Sequence record: MZ956763.1
Source: a phage
Reading direction: 5' to 3' (one strand)
Length of the DNA: 64,000 nucleotides
Under the pieces are notes generated by a model. It made no database searches. It had not been told where the DNA came from and saw only the letters and a program-made list of their open reading frames with translations. The position numbers and the translations under genes were made by a program. Below are positions 10,437 to 21,243 of the stretch, piece after piece (position 1 is the stretch's first letter; the number at the start of each line of letters is the position of its first letter).

Positions 10437-10589
10437 GCTCTACATGAAATGTGATGGAGGTGTTGAGGTAGAAGAAAAGTTCCATCACAGCCTTATCACA
10501 GTCACTATTACTATACCTCAACATAATATTTGTTGGCTGTTTGTAATAAAAGAAAATGTGTTTGAATATCAAATATATCGGAGAATATC

Positions 10590-10739
10590 ATGAAACACTC
10601 TAAAGCATTTGAAAAAGTTTTTGGGGATTCCTTAAAAGCCACTGCTGGCAAACCAGCAAAATACTATGAAGAGAAGCGTGTAAGAACTGGAAAAACTGCA
10701 CGTAAAGCAGCTTCTAAAGATAAGCACAACTTCCAGTAA
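10590..10739 (+). CDS. small basic hypothetical protein (49 aa)
   Basis: ATG with GGAGAA SD, downstream of strong promoter; below 60 aa cut-off of ORF track. Confidence 0.35.
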   Translation: MKHSKAFEKVFGDSLKATAGKPAKYYEEKRVRTGKTARKAASKDKHNFQ

Positions 10740-10811
10740 TTAATATTTGACAATAGAGTATCAACAAACTAGAATTGGTACTCTTCATAAATTGAGATAG
10801 AGGTTTAAATA

Positions 10812-11669
10812 ATGTCTAAAGTTGTTAAAATGAAAGCTCCGGTAGAGAAGTACAATGGTACTGAACGTCAAACTCTGCGTTACCTGCTGAAAGATGTTTG
10901 GTTTTATTACCTGAACACTTCACCACGTCCGGGGAAAGGTAAATCCATTGATAAGAAATTCCCAGGCAAAGACTGCAACTACAGTGTTTCAATTCTGGCA
11001 GAAGATGGTAACAAACTGTTTAAAGAGTTTACTAAGTCTAAGAAAAACCCAGAAGGTTGGGATAAAGTTACTACTGAAGCAGTTGATGCAGATGACTTCG
11101 AAGAGAAGTTTGGTTGCAAACCACCATTTGAAGCAGACACTTACTACATCCTGAAAGTAAGTCGTGCAGCAGCTTATAAGGATGGTGCTGTGTGGACAGC
11201 TAAACAGTCATTCCCTGTAATGCTGATTGAAGAAGTAAATGGTAAGCGTGTAGCTGTTAAACAGCCGATGAAGAAAATCAAAGCTCAAGCATCTGATAAA
11301 CATGAAGATGACAAGAACTATGATGTAATTCATCCAGATATTGCAGTCGGTAACGGTTCTTTCGGTAGTGTGATTCTTTCTACTCACTTCTACACTTTTG
11401 AGAACAATGTTCTGACAAAACCTATTCAGGAACAGTTTATCATTGATACTCTTGTACCTTACACTGGTGGTAACGGTGCTAACGGTGAACCTGAACTGGA
11501 TGAAGACGAACTGGCTATGCTTGGTCTTGATGGTGTTGAAGATAACGGTGAAATTACTGAAGAAGACGCAACAGACCACAAACCTTCTAATGCTTCTGAT
11601 GATGGCGACGATGAAGACTTGCCAGACCCAGATGATGAAGAAGATGAAGACTTCGATACAGAAGACTAA
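10812..11669 (+). CDS. putative single-stranded DNA-binding protein
   Basis: 285 aa with strongly acidic C-terminal tail (...DEEDEDFDTED) as in T7 gp2.5-type SSBs; placement after primase-helicase. Confidence 0.5.
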   Translation: MSKVVKMKAPVEKYNGTERQTLRYLLKDVWFYYLNTSPRPGKGKSIDKKFPGKDCNYSVSILAEDGNKLFKEFTKSKKNPEGWDKVTTEAVDADDFEEKFGCKPPFEADTYYILKVSRAAAYKDGAVWTAKQSFPVMLIEEVNGKRVAVKQPMKKIKAQASDKHEDDKNYDVIHPDIAVGNGSFGSVILSTHFYTFENNVLTKPIQEQFIIDTLVPYTGGNGANGEPELDEDELAMLGLDGVEDNGEITEEDATDHKPSNASDDGDDEDLPDPDDEEDEDFDTED

Positions 11670-11687
11670 TCTCTAAAAGTTACTTTA

Positions 11688-11716
11688 AAGCCCTGTACTT
11701 AGTATGGGGCTTTTTC
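11688..11716 (+). terminator. intrinsic terminator
   Basis: AAAGCCCTGTACTTAGTATGGGGCTTTTT after SSB-like gene. Confidence 0.55.
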
Positions 11717-11731
11717 ATATGGAGAGTCACA

Positions 11732-12772
11732 ATGGAGAAGTATACGCTAACAAAACTTCCCGATTCAGTTACACATGTCTTTATTGACTCTGACAGTATT
11801 GCCTATAAAGGTGCTTGTGTAGTTGAGAAAGCAAAATATAAATACGTCAATAAACTCACAGCAGAAGAGTCTGAACCATTTGATAATGCAAAAGATGCTG
11901 CAAGATGGTTAGCAGACCAGAGAATCTTTGTGGAAGAGCTTGGCCTAACATTTGATGAGGATGAATGGGAAAGACAGACTTGGAAAGAAGCTAAGAGTGA
12001 AAAAGAAGCTATCATGGCTACTCAGCAGGTTCTTCAGGAATGGCTTAAGGTTGTTGGTAAAGAAAGAATTTGGGTAGGTTACTTAACAGAGAAAGGTGTA
12101 CATAAACATAAAGACGTTAAAGGTCTTGAGCACCAATATCAAGGTAACCGTAAAGATGCTGTCACACCAACACACTTAGTCGCTTGTCGTGAATATCTTT
12201 TATCCAGACCAGAGTTCAAGCTCTTAAGGGGTGGCTTCGAAGCCGATTCAATCGTAATTGCTAAAGCTGAAAAGATGGGTAAGAAAGCTGCTCTTATGAG
12301 CATTGATAAAGACCTTCGACAAGCTGAAGGTACTTATTGTATTGATATGACTTATGAAAAGTCACCACTAATTTTTATTGCTGACAATAACGTTGGTGAT
12401 ATCTGGGATTGCCCAATAAAATCGACACCAAAAGCTAAAAAGACAGTAGGGGTAGGTTTTAAATTTCTTTGCTACCAAGCTGTGGCTGGTGATAATGCGG
12501 ATAATTATTTTGGTTTGAAGGGCGTTGGTAAGGCTACTATAATGAAAGCCCTTGAAGGTAAAACCACTTACAAAGAGTGTCTTGATGCAATTTATGAGCT
12601 TTATGCTAAGAAAGAGTCATACACCTATGTATCGTGGGATGGTCAGACAATCACCAGAACACCTTTAGAATTAATGCAGCAACACTTTTTCTTAGCTTAT
12701 CAGGAAAGAAACAAGAAAGACGATTTCTCTTTTAAGAAATATAATTGGGAGCCGTGTATGAATGAAGATTAA
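11732..12772 (+). CDS. 5'-3' exonuclease / flap endonuclease (FEN-like)
   Basis: 346 aa; H3TH-like GLKGVGKATIMKAL; acidic N-terminal region DSDSIAYKG. Confidence 0.55.
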   Translation: MEKYTLTKLPDSVTHVFIDSDSIAYKGACVVEKAKYKYVNKLTAEESEPFDNAKDAARWLADQRIFVEELGLTFDEDEWERQTWKEAKSEKEAIMATQQVLQEWLKVVGKERIWVGYLTEKGVHKHKDVKGLEHQYQGNRKDAVTPTHLVACREYLLSRPEFKLLRGGFEADSIVIAKAEKMGKKAALMSIDKDLRQAEGTYCIDMTYEKSPLIFIADNNVGDIWDCPIKSTPKAKKTVGVGFKFLCYQAVAGDNADNYFGLKGVGKATIMKALEGKTTYKECLDAIYELYAKKESYTYVSWDGQTITRTPLELMQQHFFLAYQERNKKDDFSFKKYNWEPCMNED

Positions 12773-13259
12773 AGGATTTGGCAATTGCCCTACCTATGGT
12801 CATTGGGTATCTTTATGTGGGGAAGTTGACCCCACTAAACATTTTGGTTTTGTCTATTTAGTACACTGTAAGAAAACCGGACAGTATTATATTGGAAAGA
12901 AACAGCTTAATAGTGTGACCAAAAGAAAAGTTGCTGGCAAGACTCGGAAGAAGGTAGTCACTAAGGAGAGTGATTGGATGACTTATGAGACTTCTTCTGA
13001 GTATATTAAAAAAGATATCGAGAGCTTTGGAAAAGAATTTTTTGACTTTTACATTATCCAAACCTACTACACGAAAGGTGGCCTAGTTTATGGTGAAGCA
13101 AACCTCCAACATAAATTCGATGTAATGACAAAAAGGATTGACTCTAAGCTCAGACTCTTCTACAATGCCAATATTGCAGCAATTAAGTTTATTACTAAAG
13201 AAACTTATGAAGATGCTGAAAAAAGAATCCATAAGGTAATGAAAGCAAACTGTGCTTGA
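12762..13259 (+). CDS. GIY-YIG nuclease (putative homing endonuclease)
   Basis: FGFVYLVHCKKTGQYYIGKK matches GIY-(x10)-YIG spacing. Confidence 0.6.
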   Translation: MKIKGFGNCPTYGHWVSLCGEVDPTKHFGFVYLVHCKKTGQYYIGKKQLNSVTKRKVAGKTRKKVVTKESDWMTYETSSEYIKKDIESFGKEFFDFYIIQTYYTKGGLVYGEANLQHKFDVMTKRIDSKLRLFYNANIAAIKFITKETYEDAEKRIHKVMKANCA

Positions 13260-13280
13260 TAACTATTGAGAGAGAATAAA

Positions 13281-13529
13281 ATGTTTAACAAAAGTAAAGC
13301 TGTGAGTCATGTAGCAAAAGTTGACAGCAAGATTGAAGAACTTGAGCGCCTTCTTGCAAATGCCAGAGAGTCAATAATTAAAGAAGTTGAAGCTGTTGAA
13401 TCTCAAATGCAGCACCTAATGCTTAAACGCCAAGAGCTACGTGAGCATCTGGAATATATTGAAACACGAGAGCTAAAGGTTAACAGATATTTTAAGGAGT
13501 CCGAATGTTTAACTCAAGAGAATCAGTAA
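13281..13529 (+). CDS. hypothetical coiled-coil protein
   Basis: ORF; start moved to ATG with GAGAGA SD. Confidence 0.4.
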   Translation: MFNKSKAVSHVAKVDSKIEELERLLANARESIIKEVEAVESQMQHLMLKRQELREHLEYIETRELKVNRYFKESECLTQENQ

Positions 13530-14260
13530 AAAACTGGAATCTTCGTTGCGGAAACACCCAAAAGCAACCTTACAGTGATGAGTATTGGGAATCTTTGAAA
13601 TCCCAGTCTCTGTGTATGCTTGAAGAAGCAAAAGAGCTTGTAAAAGCAATTGAAGAGAAAGACCCCATTGAGACACTGGATGCTCAGGCAGATTTGCAAT
13701 ATGTTCTTGACGGTTTGATTTACCTGTCACAACATGACCATAACGGTGCTATGAAAGCTGTTTGCCATAATAATGACCTGAAGTACACAGACGACTATGA
13801 AGAAGCTTTAAAACGTCTTGCAGATGTTGAGAAGCGTACTGGTCAAGAGTGTGTTATCAGAATGTCAGTAGTTGATGGTAAAGAGTGGTATGCGATTGTT
13901 CGTGCAGCCGATGGGAAGATTATGAAGCAATCAAATCTCCCTAAAGTACAGCTTGGTGAATACATTGTAGAGCTTGAAAGCCAAGAACTTTTTGTGGTAG
14001 TATCTGAGACATGCGTTATCTGCAAAGGTATTGTAGGTAGCTTAAAGGATTTGGGTGTAGATGGTTTTGTAGAAGTTAATCCAATTACCTCTAAAGCAGA
14101 TAAAGATTTCTGTAAAGAGAATGGACTATGGATTGCAGATATTGTCTACTACGATGGTGAGCAGCTCCATGTAACCTCATACCCGAAACTGAATTATGAT
14201 GCTAATAACCTGAAGTGCTGGTTAAAAGGGGTTGGTTATAATGGATTCACAGAACATTAA
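13505..14260 (+). CDS. hypothetical protein
   Basis: 251 aa ORF. Confidence 0.5.
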   Translation: MFNSRESVKNWNLRCGNTQKQPYSDEYWESLKSQSLCMLEEAKELVKAIEEKDPIETLDAQADLQYVLDGLIYLSQHDHNGAMKAVCHNNDLKYTDDYEEALKRLADVEKRTGQECVIRMSVVDGKEWYAIVRAADGKIMKQSNLPKVQLGEYIVELESQELFVVVSETCVICKGIVGSLKDLGVDGFVEVNPITSKADKDFCKENGLWIADIVYYDGEQLHVTSYPKLNYDANNLKCWLKGVGYNGFTEH

Positions 14261-14564
14261 TAAAGAAGGTGTGGCTCAGAAGAGCCACTTCTCAAACTAC
14301 AATATCTCTATGACGGTGTTTATGTATGACCCGTTACTTGAGAAGTATGGTGAGACTCCAGATACACTTCTGGATAATGAACAAGTTTTAAAAGCAGTCC
14401 TGTACAAATATGGGATTGATATTGAGAAAGAGTATTCATTTGAAATCTGCCTACACAGAAATACTTTTGGGAAAGTTGTGATGGCTCCACTCTTCATGGG
14501 TGTAGAAAGAACTGACTATGGTTGGTTATATCTAAAAAGAAACTTGGAGAAATACCGTGTCTAA
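14232..14564 (+). CDS. hypothetical protein
   Basis: 110 aa ORF. Confidence 0.4.
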   Translation: MVIMDSQNINKEGVAQKSHFSNYNISMTVFMYDPLLEKYGETPDTLLDNEQVLKAVLYKYGIDIEKEYSFEICLHRNTFGKVVMAPLFMGVERTDYGWLYLKRNLEKYRV

Positions 14565-14895
14565 AGCAAAAAAGTTATCTTATGATGACATTATCTCAGG
14601 TGCTAAGTTAGGTGTTGACAGTATCGGACAAGATGTTAAGCACGGAGACACAGTTATGTACTGTGATGACCGAAGAGGTAGAAGTGCAATCTTGTTTGGA
14701 AGAGTTGTTTGCAAAATGCGAGGCAATTACGTTGTTGCAGACATGGATGTGAATGTCACACAAAAACTTGAAACAATTATGGATAATAATACATCATCAT
14801 GGTTCTCCCTGAATTGTATGCACACATCTTCAGTCACAAAGGTAAGTGATAAGTTTTACGATATGTGGCAGAATGAGCAAATTTTCAAGATTTAA
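14557..14895 (+). CDS. hypothetical protein
   Basis: 112 aa ORF followed by terminator. Confidence 0.45.
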   Translation: MSKAKKLSYDDIISGAKLGVDSIGQDVKHGDTVMYCDDRRGRSAILFGRVVCKMRGNYVVADMDVNVTQKLETIMDNNTSSWFSLNCMHTSSVTKVSDKFYDMWQNEQIFKI

Positions 14896-14899
14896 ACTA

Positions 14900-14925
14900 G
14901 GGAGCCTCTTCGGAGGCTCTTTTCA
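14900..14925 (+). terminator. intrinsic terminator
   Basis: GGGAGCCTCTTCGGAGGCTCTTTTC. Confidence 0.6.
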
Positions 14926-14941
14926 TCTGTAGGATTTAAAA

Positions 14942-17176
14942 ATGATTAAGACAATTAAAAAATCAAACGGTACAGTAGTAAACTTTGACCCAGAAAGACT
15001 GAATAAGTGGGCATCATGGGCAGATAAGCGTGGAATTATCTGGTCAGAAGTCACTATGGAAGCCATGAAACGTGTCTACGAGGGTTGCACTACAAAAGAG
15101 ATGCACCAAGCCATGATTGATGTTTGTGTTGATAAACAAACTCAAGAGTACTCAGACATGGCTGGACGGCTACTTCTGGGGATTATCTACAAAGAAGCCT
15201 TTGGAGGCTTTACTAAGGTTCCTACGCTGGTTACCTTCGTTAAAAATATGGAGAGAGCAGGACTTTGGGAGAAGATGGACTATTCTCAGGAAGAGCTTGA
15301 ATATCTGCAAGGGTACATTGTGCACTCAAAAGACATCTCTTACGGTTATGCAGTCCTGAAACAGTTTAGAGACAAGTATGGTATCCGTGATATTAAAACA
15401 GGAAGACTTTTTGAGTCACCACAATTTATGTTTATGGGTATGGCTATGAAAGCCTTTGAGAAGCAACCAAAGCACCGTAGGCTGCAAGATGTGATTAAGC
15501 TGTACACTTACCTATCTGACCTGAAGATTAACGCTCCTACGCCTTATCTGAATGGTTTAAGAGCCACTAAATCAGGTTATGCGTCATGCTGCTTGATTAA
15601 GGCAAATGATACTGCTGAGTCACTTGGTATTGCTGCAAAGGTAGCTTATGATATGACTACAAAGCAAGCTGGTATTGGTATGCTGATGGAGACTCGCACT
15701 ATTGGTGATGGTATCCGTCAAAATACTATTGAGCACATGGGTAAACTGCCTTATTACAAGCTTGTACGCTCATCTGTAGAGGCAAACAAACAGAAGAGTC
15801 GTGGTGGTTCAGCTAACAACTTCTACACTGCTCTAGACCCACAGATTGAAGATTTACTGCGTTTGAAGCACCCTACAACGGTTCCTTCGAAACGTATTAA
15901 CGAGATGGACTACTCATTTGGTACAAATGATTACTTCTGGCAGTGTGTTCAATATGATACAGACTGGTTGTTATTCTCTTACAAGGATGCACCAAAGCTC
16001 TATGACATGTTCTACACAGCATCTGCTGATGAGTTTGCTATGGCAGTTGGTCATGCAGTGCATTCAGGTGTTAAGCACAGACGAGTAAAGGCTCGTGAAA
16101 TTGCTAAACTGTTTATCCAGCAGCGTTATGCAACAGGCCGTGTGTATCCATTCTTCACAAATAATGCAAACACACATACACCATTTAAAGAGCCTTTGAA
16201 GATGTCAAATCTTTGTATGGAAATCGTGTTGCCAGTGTATGGATTTGAGAAGGAGACAGACCTTTACAGAGACGATGCTGTGAAAGAGGATGGTGAGGTA
16301 GCTCTTTGCTTCCTAGCTAGTTTGGTTGCAGGGAGAATTTCAGAAGATGAATACGCTGACGTTGCTTATTATGCTCTTGCAATGGTTGACTCCGTTATTG
16401 ACCTTATGGATTATCCGTATCCGTCGATGCGCAACCATGTTCAGAAGCGTCGTTCTGTTGGTATTGGCCTTACAAATGTGGCTCATTACCTTGCGAAAAA
16501 CTACGTGAACTACTCTTCAAGAGCAGGTAAGACAAAGCTCCATGAGCTTGCTGAAATGCACTCTTACTACTTACACGAAGCCTCTTTAAGACTTGCTAAA
16601 GAACGTGGTGTGCCTGAGTATATGCAGTTCACTAAGTATCCTGAAGGTTGGGTTCCTCCAAAGACAGCTAACAGGAAGATTGATGAGAAGCATGATGCAA
16701 AACTTCGTTATGATTGGGATGACTTAGCACAACGTATTAAAGAAAATGGTGGAATCCGTAACTCTGTATTAGAAGCTTACATGCCTAATGAGAGTTCTTC
16801 ACTGGCAACTAATACGACAAACGGCTTGTATCCAATTCGTGACTTTATTTTAACTAAAAAGTCTGCAACTGGTAACGTACTGTTTATTGTTCCAGATTAC
16901 GAAGAGTTGAAGTATGTCTATGAAATTGCTTGGGATATTGACACCTTTGACCTGATTGATTGTTATGCAATTGTTCAAAAGTTCACTGGTCAAACTATCT
17001 CTTCAGATTTCTATGTTGACTATGCAAAGTCTAAGAAGGTATCATTGGCTCAAGCTTTGAAGTACATGATTTATGCCAACTCAGTAGGTATGAAAACCAT
17101 GTACTACCTTAACAGTCGCATTGGTGTAGGTAAATCTGCACTGCAAGATGCTTATTGCGAGGGTTGTGGTGTTTAG
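14942..17176 (+). CDS. nrdA: ribonucleotide reductase class I large subunit
   Basis: 744 aa; N-terminal ATP-cone-like region; active-site NLCMEIVLP. Confidence 0.85.
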   Translation: MIKTIKKSNGTVVNFDPERLNKWASWADKRGIIWSEVTMEAMKRVYEGCTTKEMHQAMIDVCVDKQTQEYSDMAGRLLLGIIYKEAFGGFTKVPTLVTFVKNMERAGLWEKMDYSQEELEYLQGYIVHSKDISYGYAVLKQFRDKYGIRDIKTGRLFESPQFMFMGMAMKAFEKQPKHRRLQDVIKLYTYLSDLKINAPTPYLNGLRATKSGYASCCLIKANDTAESLGIAAKVAYDMTTKQAGIGMLMETRTIGDGIRQNTIEHMGKLPYYKLVRSSVEANKQKSRGGSANNFYTALDPQIEDLLRLKHPTTVPSKRINEMDYSFGTNDYFWQCVQYDTDWLLFSYKDAPKLYDMFYTASADEFAMAVGHAVHSGVKHRRVKAREIAKLFIQQRYATGRVYPFFTNNANTHTPFKEPLKMSNLCMEIVLPVYGFEKETDLYRDDAVKEDGEVALCFLASLVAGRISEDEYADVAYYALAMVDSVIDLMDYPYPSMRNHVQKRRSVGIGLTNVAHYLAKNYVNYSSRAGKTKLHELAEMHSYYLHEASLRLAKERGVPEYMQFTKYPEGWVPPKTANRKIDEKHDAKLRYDWDDLAQRIKENGGIRNSVLEAYMPNESSSLATNTTNGLYPIRDFILTKKSATGNVLFIVPDYEELKYVYEIAWDIDTFDLIDCYAIVQKFTGQTISSDFYVDYAKSKKVSLAQALKYMIYANSVGMKTMYYLNSRIGVGKSALQDAYCEGCGV

Positions 17177-17231
17177 TTTTAATAACTACGAGGGTCGTAA
17201 AAGACCCTCTAAAATTAACTTTGGAGAAACT

Positions 17232-17489
17232 ATGAAAGACTTAATAGAAAAACATGAGTGGCCTATATACTTGCTCCATAAACCTCGGAAAACGCTATAC
17301 TATGTGAGTAGCACAGATATGATGATAAAACAGAATGATGACTCATGGGTCGCTGGTGTCTCTTACATCTCTACAGCAGATGGTAAAATCTATGCAAGAC
17401 CTTATGACATGTTTAACAAAGAAAATTGGGAAGTTTTAGACAGAAAACAAGCCTTAGAGATGATAAAGAAAGGAGAAATCACACTATGA
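17232..17489 (+). CDS. hypothetical protein
   Basis: ORF between nrdA and nrdB; start at ATG after GGAGAA. Confidence 0.4.
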   Translation: MKDLIEKHEWPIYLLHKPRKTLYYVSSTDMMIKQNDDSWVAGVSYISTADGKIYARPYDMFNKENWEVLDRKQALEMIKKGEITL

Positions 17490-18559
17490 TTAACCAACAC
17501 CCAATCTTTTTAGGTGGTGAGAGAAAAACATTTGACTCACTTAATAAGCACTACCCAAAAATCTTTGAACTCTATAAACAACAAAAAGCACAAGATTGGT
17601 CAGAAGATGAGTTCCCTTTTGAGCAATCACGTCTTGATTTTGAGAGTGTGCCAGCATCAATGTCAGGTGTAATGCTTGAGATTCTTAAGTGGCAGTGGGA
17701 AGCAGACACTCAAGTTGCTAAGAGCTTAGCATTTGCCTTTGCACCATTTATCTCTGATGACATTTATGCAACTGCAATTATGAAGCAGTCTGAGATTGAA
17801 AACCTACATGCTCTTACTTACTCGGAGATTGTAAGACAATGTATTAAAAATCCTGAAACAATCTTAGATGAGATTAACCAGAATATTGCTGTACAAGACC
17901 GATTAAAAACTGTGAATCGTGTTCTTGAAGAATTACTAGATGAAGGTATAAACTATCGGCTAAACTATGTCCGTGACTCACTTCTGGACAAAGACCCTTT
18001 GCACTTCCATAAAGTGATTCTAAAAGGACTATTTGCAGTGACTGCACTTGAAGGCATTTCTTTTATGGCATCCTTTGCATGTACTTTTGCACTTGATGCT
18101 CAAGATAAATTTCAAGGTATTGCTCAAGCTGTCCAGAAAATTATGCTTGACGAAATCCTTCACACTAAAATTGATATTGAAGTTTTAAAAGAAACTTTAA
18201 GAGATGATGAGTGGCAAAAAGCTTTCCAACAAATTCTTCCAGAGATTAAAGTAATCTTAGATGAAGTAGTTGAAAGCGAAGAGAAATGGTCGTATTATAT
18301 CTTCTCCGAAGGACGCGCTGTAGTTGGATTAAATACAAAGCTTCTTCATGAGTGGGTCTACTATAATGCTGCCCCACTGTATGATATGTTTGGCATTCCC
18401 AGAGATTTTGTAGCTCCTAAAGAACCACCTTTGAAGTATATGATTAAGAAGATGGAAATTGATAAAGAGCAGAATGCTAATCAGGAGCAACAGAACGGTG
18501 CGTATTTATTGAATACTGTTGTAGATGATTTGAATAGTGGATTTTTAGAGGTTCCTTAA
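17486..18559 (+). CDS. nrdB: ribonucleotide reductase class I small subunit
   Basis: 357 aa from ATG with AGGAGA SD; position after nrdA; ferritin-like helical protein. Confidence 0.75.
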   Translation: MINQHPIFLGGERKTFDSLNKHYPKIFELYKQQKAQDWSEDEFPFEQSRLDFESVPASMSGVMLEILKWQWEADTQVAKSLAFAFAPFISDDIYATAIMKQSEIENLHALTYSEIVRQCIKNPETILDEINQNIAVQDRLKTVNRVLEELLDEGINYRLNYVRDSLLDKDPLHFHKVILKGLFAVTALEGISFMASFACTFALDAQDKFQGIAQAVQKIMLDEILHTKIDIEVLKETLRDDEWQKAFQQILPEIKVILDEVVESEEKWSYYIFSEGRAVVGLNTKLLHEWVYYNAAPLYDMFGIPRDFVAPKEPPLKYMIKKMEIDKEQNANQEQQNGAYLLNTVVDDLNSGFLEVP

Positions 18560-18801
18560 TGACTTATGTAATTTACTCCAAAACTGGATGCCCTCAGTGT
18601 GAGACTGCAAAGAATTTTGCAAAAGCTCGTGGTATTGACCATGTTGTGAGAATGTTAGGGCAGGATTATGAGCTGTCAGACCTGATGGATATTGCACAGA
18701 TGCCAGTTCGTCAGATGCCATTCATCATGAAAACTGACGGTCAAAACCTAAAACCTGTTGGAACGCTACAGAATTTCATGACAGAGGTGAATAATGCTTA
18801 A
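18559..18801 (+). CDS. glutaredoxin/NrdH-like redoxin
   Basis: 80 aa; N-terminal YSKTGCPQCETAK (CxxC) thioredoxin-fold signature. Confidence 0.7.
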   Translation: MTYVIYSKTGCPQCETAKNFAKARGIDHVVRMLGQDYELSDLMDIAQMPVRQMPFIMKTDGQNLKPVGTLQNFMTEVNNA

Positions 18802-19000
18802 ACGCCTTTGGGAAGGTTTGGTTGTTGATGCACCAGCTATTGTGATTGGTATGCTTGTTGTTAACCTATTTACTGATTTTGAACAAGGTTCGTTGTTCGG
18901 AGCTATGTTACTATGGGTTATCTTTGAGATATTAGAGATACAGTTAGGTATCACTGAAAAACTAAGAGAACTCTTTTCGAAGTTTTCTAAAAAGATTTAA
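18794..19000 (+). CDS. hypothetical small membrane protein
   Basis: 68 aa, hydrophobic. Confidence 0.35.
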   Translation: MLKRLWEGLVVDAPAIVIGMLVVNLFTDFEQGSLFGAMLLWVIFEILEIQLGITEKLRELFSKFSKKI

Positions 19001-19004
19001 AATG

Positions 19005-19030
19005 AAAGGGTCTCTTCGGAGACCTTTTTA
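19005..19030 (+). terminator. intrinsic terminator
   Basis: GGGTCTCTTCGGAGACCTTTTT. Confidence 0.6.
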
Positions 19031-19048
19031 GCATGTAAAGGGGCAATA

Positions 19049-21193
19049 ATGAACAAAGTACAAATTATTAAAAAGAATGGCTCACTTGAAGAACCGGATA
19101 TCAAAAAAGTTTTAGCAGCAGTAACTAAGTCAGCTAACAGGGTTGGATATAAAGAACTGCCACCAGATGTTACCCAAGCTCTTGAATCAGCATTTATGAG
19201 GATTCTGGTAAAGTCCACTAAGCAGAATAATTTACTCATCTCAGTAAACGATATTCACAGCATTGTTGAGGGTGCTTTGGCAGAAGTAAATCACGAGATT
19301 TATGAGTCTTACGCAACATACAGAAATTACCGTAAAGAAGTTGCTCAAAATTGGGATGAGCTTTACCAAAAGACCAGAGACACGCTCTTCTTAGGTGACC
19401 GTGAAAATGCTAACTTTGACAGTAGTTTAATTTCTACAAAAGGTTCAATTATTCGTGGTTATCTGACTAAAGAAATCTTTAAACAGTACCATTTAACACC
19501 AGAGGAACTCGAAGCCATTGAGAAAGGGTTTATCTATATCCATGATTTAAGAGACCTAATTTTTGGTGGTATCAACTGTTGCCTGTTTGACATTGGTAAA
19601 GTGCTGAAAGGTGGCTTTGAAATGTCTGGCATCGAATACTGTGAACCAAAGTCTGTGCTGTCAGCCTTACAGGTTATCGGTGATGTAGTTCTTTCAGCAA
19701 CTGCACAGCAATTTGGTGGTTTTACTTTAGCAGAGATTGATAAGGTGCTTGTACCGTATGCTAAGAAGTCTCTACGCTATCATGCTGAGAAAGCAGCATC
19801 TTACAGTATTCCTAAAGAACATTACCATAATTATGTCATGGAGCAGCTACAGATTGAATTAACTCAAGGTTTCCAGTCACTAGAGATGAAGCTAAACACT
19901 GTGCCTTGTAGCCGTGGTGATTTTGCATTCACAACTTTAACATTTGGTTTACTTGACTCAGACATGTCTAATGAAGACAACCGACTACAATACATGATTG
20001 CAAGTACTCTCCTAGATGTTCGTATGAATGGGCAAGGTAAGAGCAAAAAACCTGTTGTATTCCCTAAACTGGTTTATATCTACGACCAGAAGAGACATGA
20101 TGAAAATATCTGTCAAGGCCACTTGTACAGTAAAGCTATTGAGTGTTGCTCTAAAGCGATGTATCCAGATTTCTTAAGCGTATCTGGTCATGGTGCTGTA
20201 GCAGAAGCTTTTGAGCGTTCTGGCAAGGTAATTTCACCGATGGGTTGCAGAGCTTTCTTATCCCCATATCTTAACGAGAATGGAGAAGAGTTCTACGTTG
20301 GACGTGCTAACATTGGTGCTGTATCTTTGAACTTGCCAATGATTTACCAGTATTCTAAAGAGAATGGTTTAGATTTCTGGAAAGAGCTTGATAAGTACCT
20401 AGAGATGATTCGCAGCTTCCACAAGAAACGCTACGAAATGATTGCTAATATGCCAGCAAGTTCTAACCCTCTTGCATTCACACAAGGTGGTCTGTACAAA
20501 GGGACTAAGAAACCTACTGACAAGGTTGGTTGGGATATCGTGAAGTCCTTCACAGCTTCTTTTGGGGTTACTGCTCTTGATGAGCTGTCTGTTCTTGCTG
20601 AAGGTAAACGGCTTCATGAAGTTGGAAGCTATAGTTTTGCATACGATGTTCTGGCATACATTAACATGAAAACTGAAGAGTTTAAGAATGAAGATGGCTT
20701 CTTGTATGCGGTATATGGCACTCCAGCAGAGTCATTATGTGGAACTCAGCTAAAACAATTCAGAGATATGTTTGGCGTTATCAAAGGTGTCTCTGATAAG
20801 GAATACTTTACAAACAGTTTCCATATGAATGTTGCAGCAGACATCTCACCATTTGAGAAGCAGGACTTAGAAGAACCATTCTTCCATATCTGTAGAGGTG
20901 GCAGAATCCAGTATGTAAGGGTGGCTAACCCAGAAAACTTACCAGCACTTAAAAGTTGTATTACAAGAGGGATGTTGAAGGGTTTTTATCAAGGACTTAA
21001 CTTTGACTTAGCAATCTGTGAGCATTGTGGTAACAGACCAAAGGCTGATGTTGAAGAATGTGAGGTTTGCCATTCACATGATATCTCTGTGATTAATAGG
21101 GTATGTGGGTATCTTGGATGGACTAAGATTAAAGGTGAATCCCGAATGAACGATGCAAAAATCGCTGAGATTCGTGATAGAATTTCTATGTAA
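19049..21193 (+). CDS. nrdD: anaerobic ribonucleoside-triphosphate reductase (class III)
   Basis: 714 aa; C-terminal Cys cluster CEHCGNRP...CEVCHSHD, typical zinc-ribbon region of NrdD. Confidence 0.8.
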   Translation: MNKVQIIKKNGSLEEPDIKKVLAAVTKSANRVGYKELPPDVTQALESAFMRILVKSTKQNNLLISVNDIHSIVEGALAEVNHEIYESYATYRNYRKEVAQNWDELYQKTRDTLFLGDRENANFDSSLISTKGSIIRGYLTKEIFKQYHLTPEELEAIEKGFIYIHDLRDLIFGGINCCLFDIGKVLKGGFEMSGIEYCEPKSVLSALQVIGDVVLSATAQQFGGFTLAEIDKVLVPYAKKSLRYHAEKAASYSIPKEHYHNYVMEQLQIELTQGFQSLEMKLNTVPCSRGDFAFTTLTFGLLDSDMSNEDNRLQYMIASTLLDVRMNGQGKSKKPVVFPKLVYIYDQKRHDENICQGHLYSKAIECCSKAMYPDFLSVSGHGAVAEAFERSGKVISPMGCRAFLSPYLNENGEEFYVGRANIGAVSLNLPMIYQYSKENGLDFWKELDKYLEMIRSFHKKRYEMIANMPASSNPLAFTQGGLYKGTKKPTDKVGWDIVKSFTASFGVTALDELSVLAEGKRLHEVGSYSFAYDVLAYINMKTEEFKNEDGFLYAVYGTPAESLCGTQLKQFRDMFGVIKGVSDKEYFTNSFHMNVAADISPFEKQDLEEPFFHICRGGRIQYVRVANPENLPALKSCITRGMLKGFYQGLNFDLAICEHCGNRPKADVEECEVCHSHDISVINRVCGYLGWTKIKGESRMNDAKIAEIRDRISM

Positions 21194-21202
21194 AACTTGA
21201 CA

Positions 21203-21243
21203 AGGTGATGTGGGTCTTGATAGGCTTACATCACCTTTTTTAT
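21203..21243 (+). terminator. intrinsic terminator after nrdD
   Basis: GGTGATGTGGGTCTTGATAGGCTTACATCACC then TTTTTT. Confidence 0.55.

Noticed and set aside
10300-10593. 97-aa ORF overlapping the 3' end of the primase-helicase gene
   Set aside because: It spans a strong promoter (TTGACA-17-TAGAAT at 10408-10436) and has no SD; more likely non-coding leader sequence
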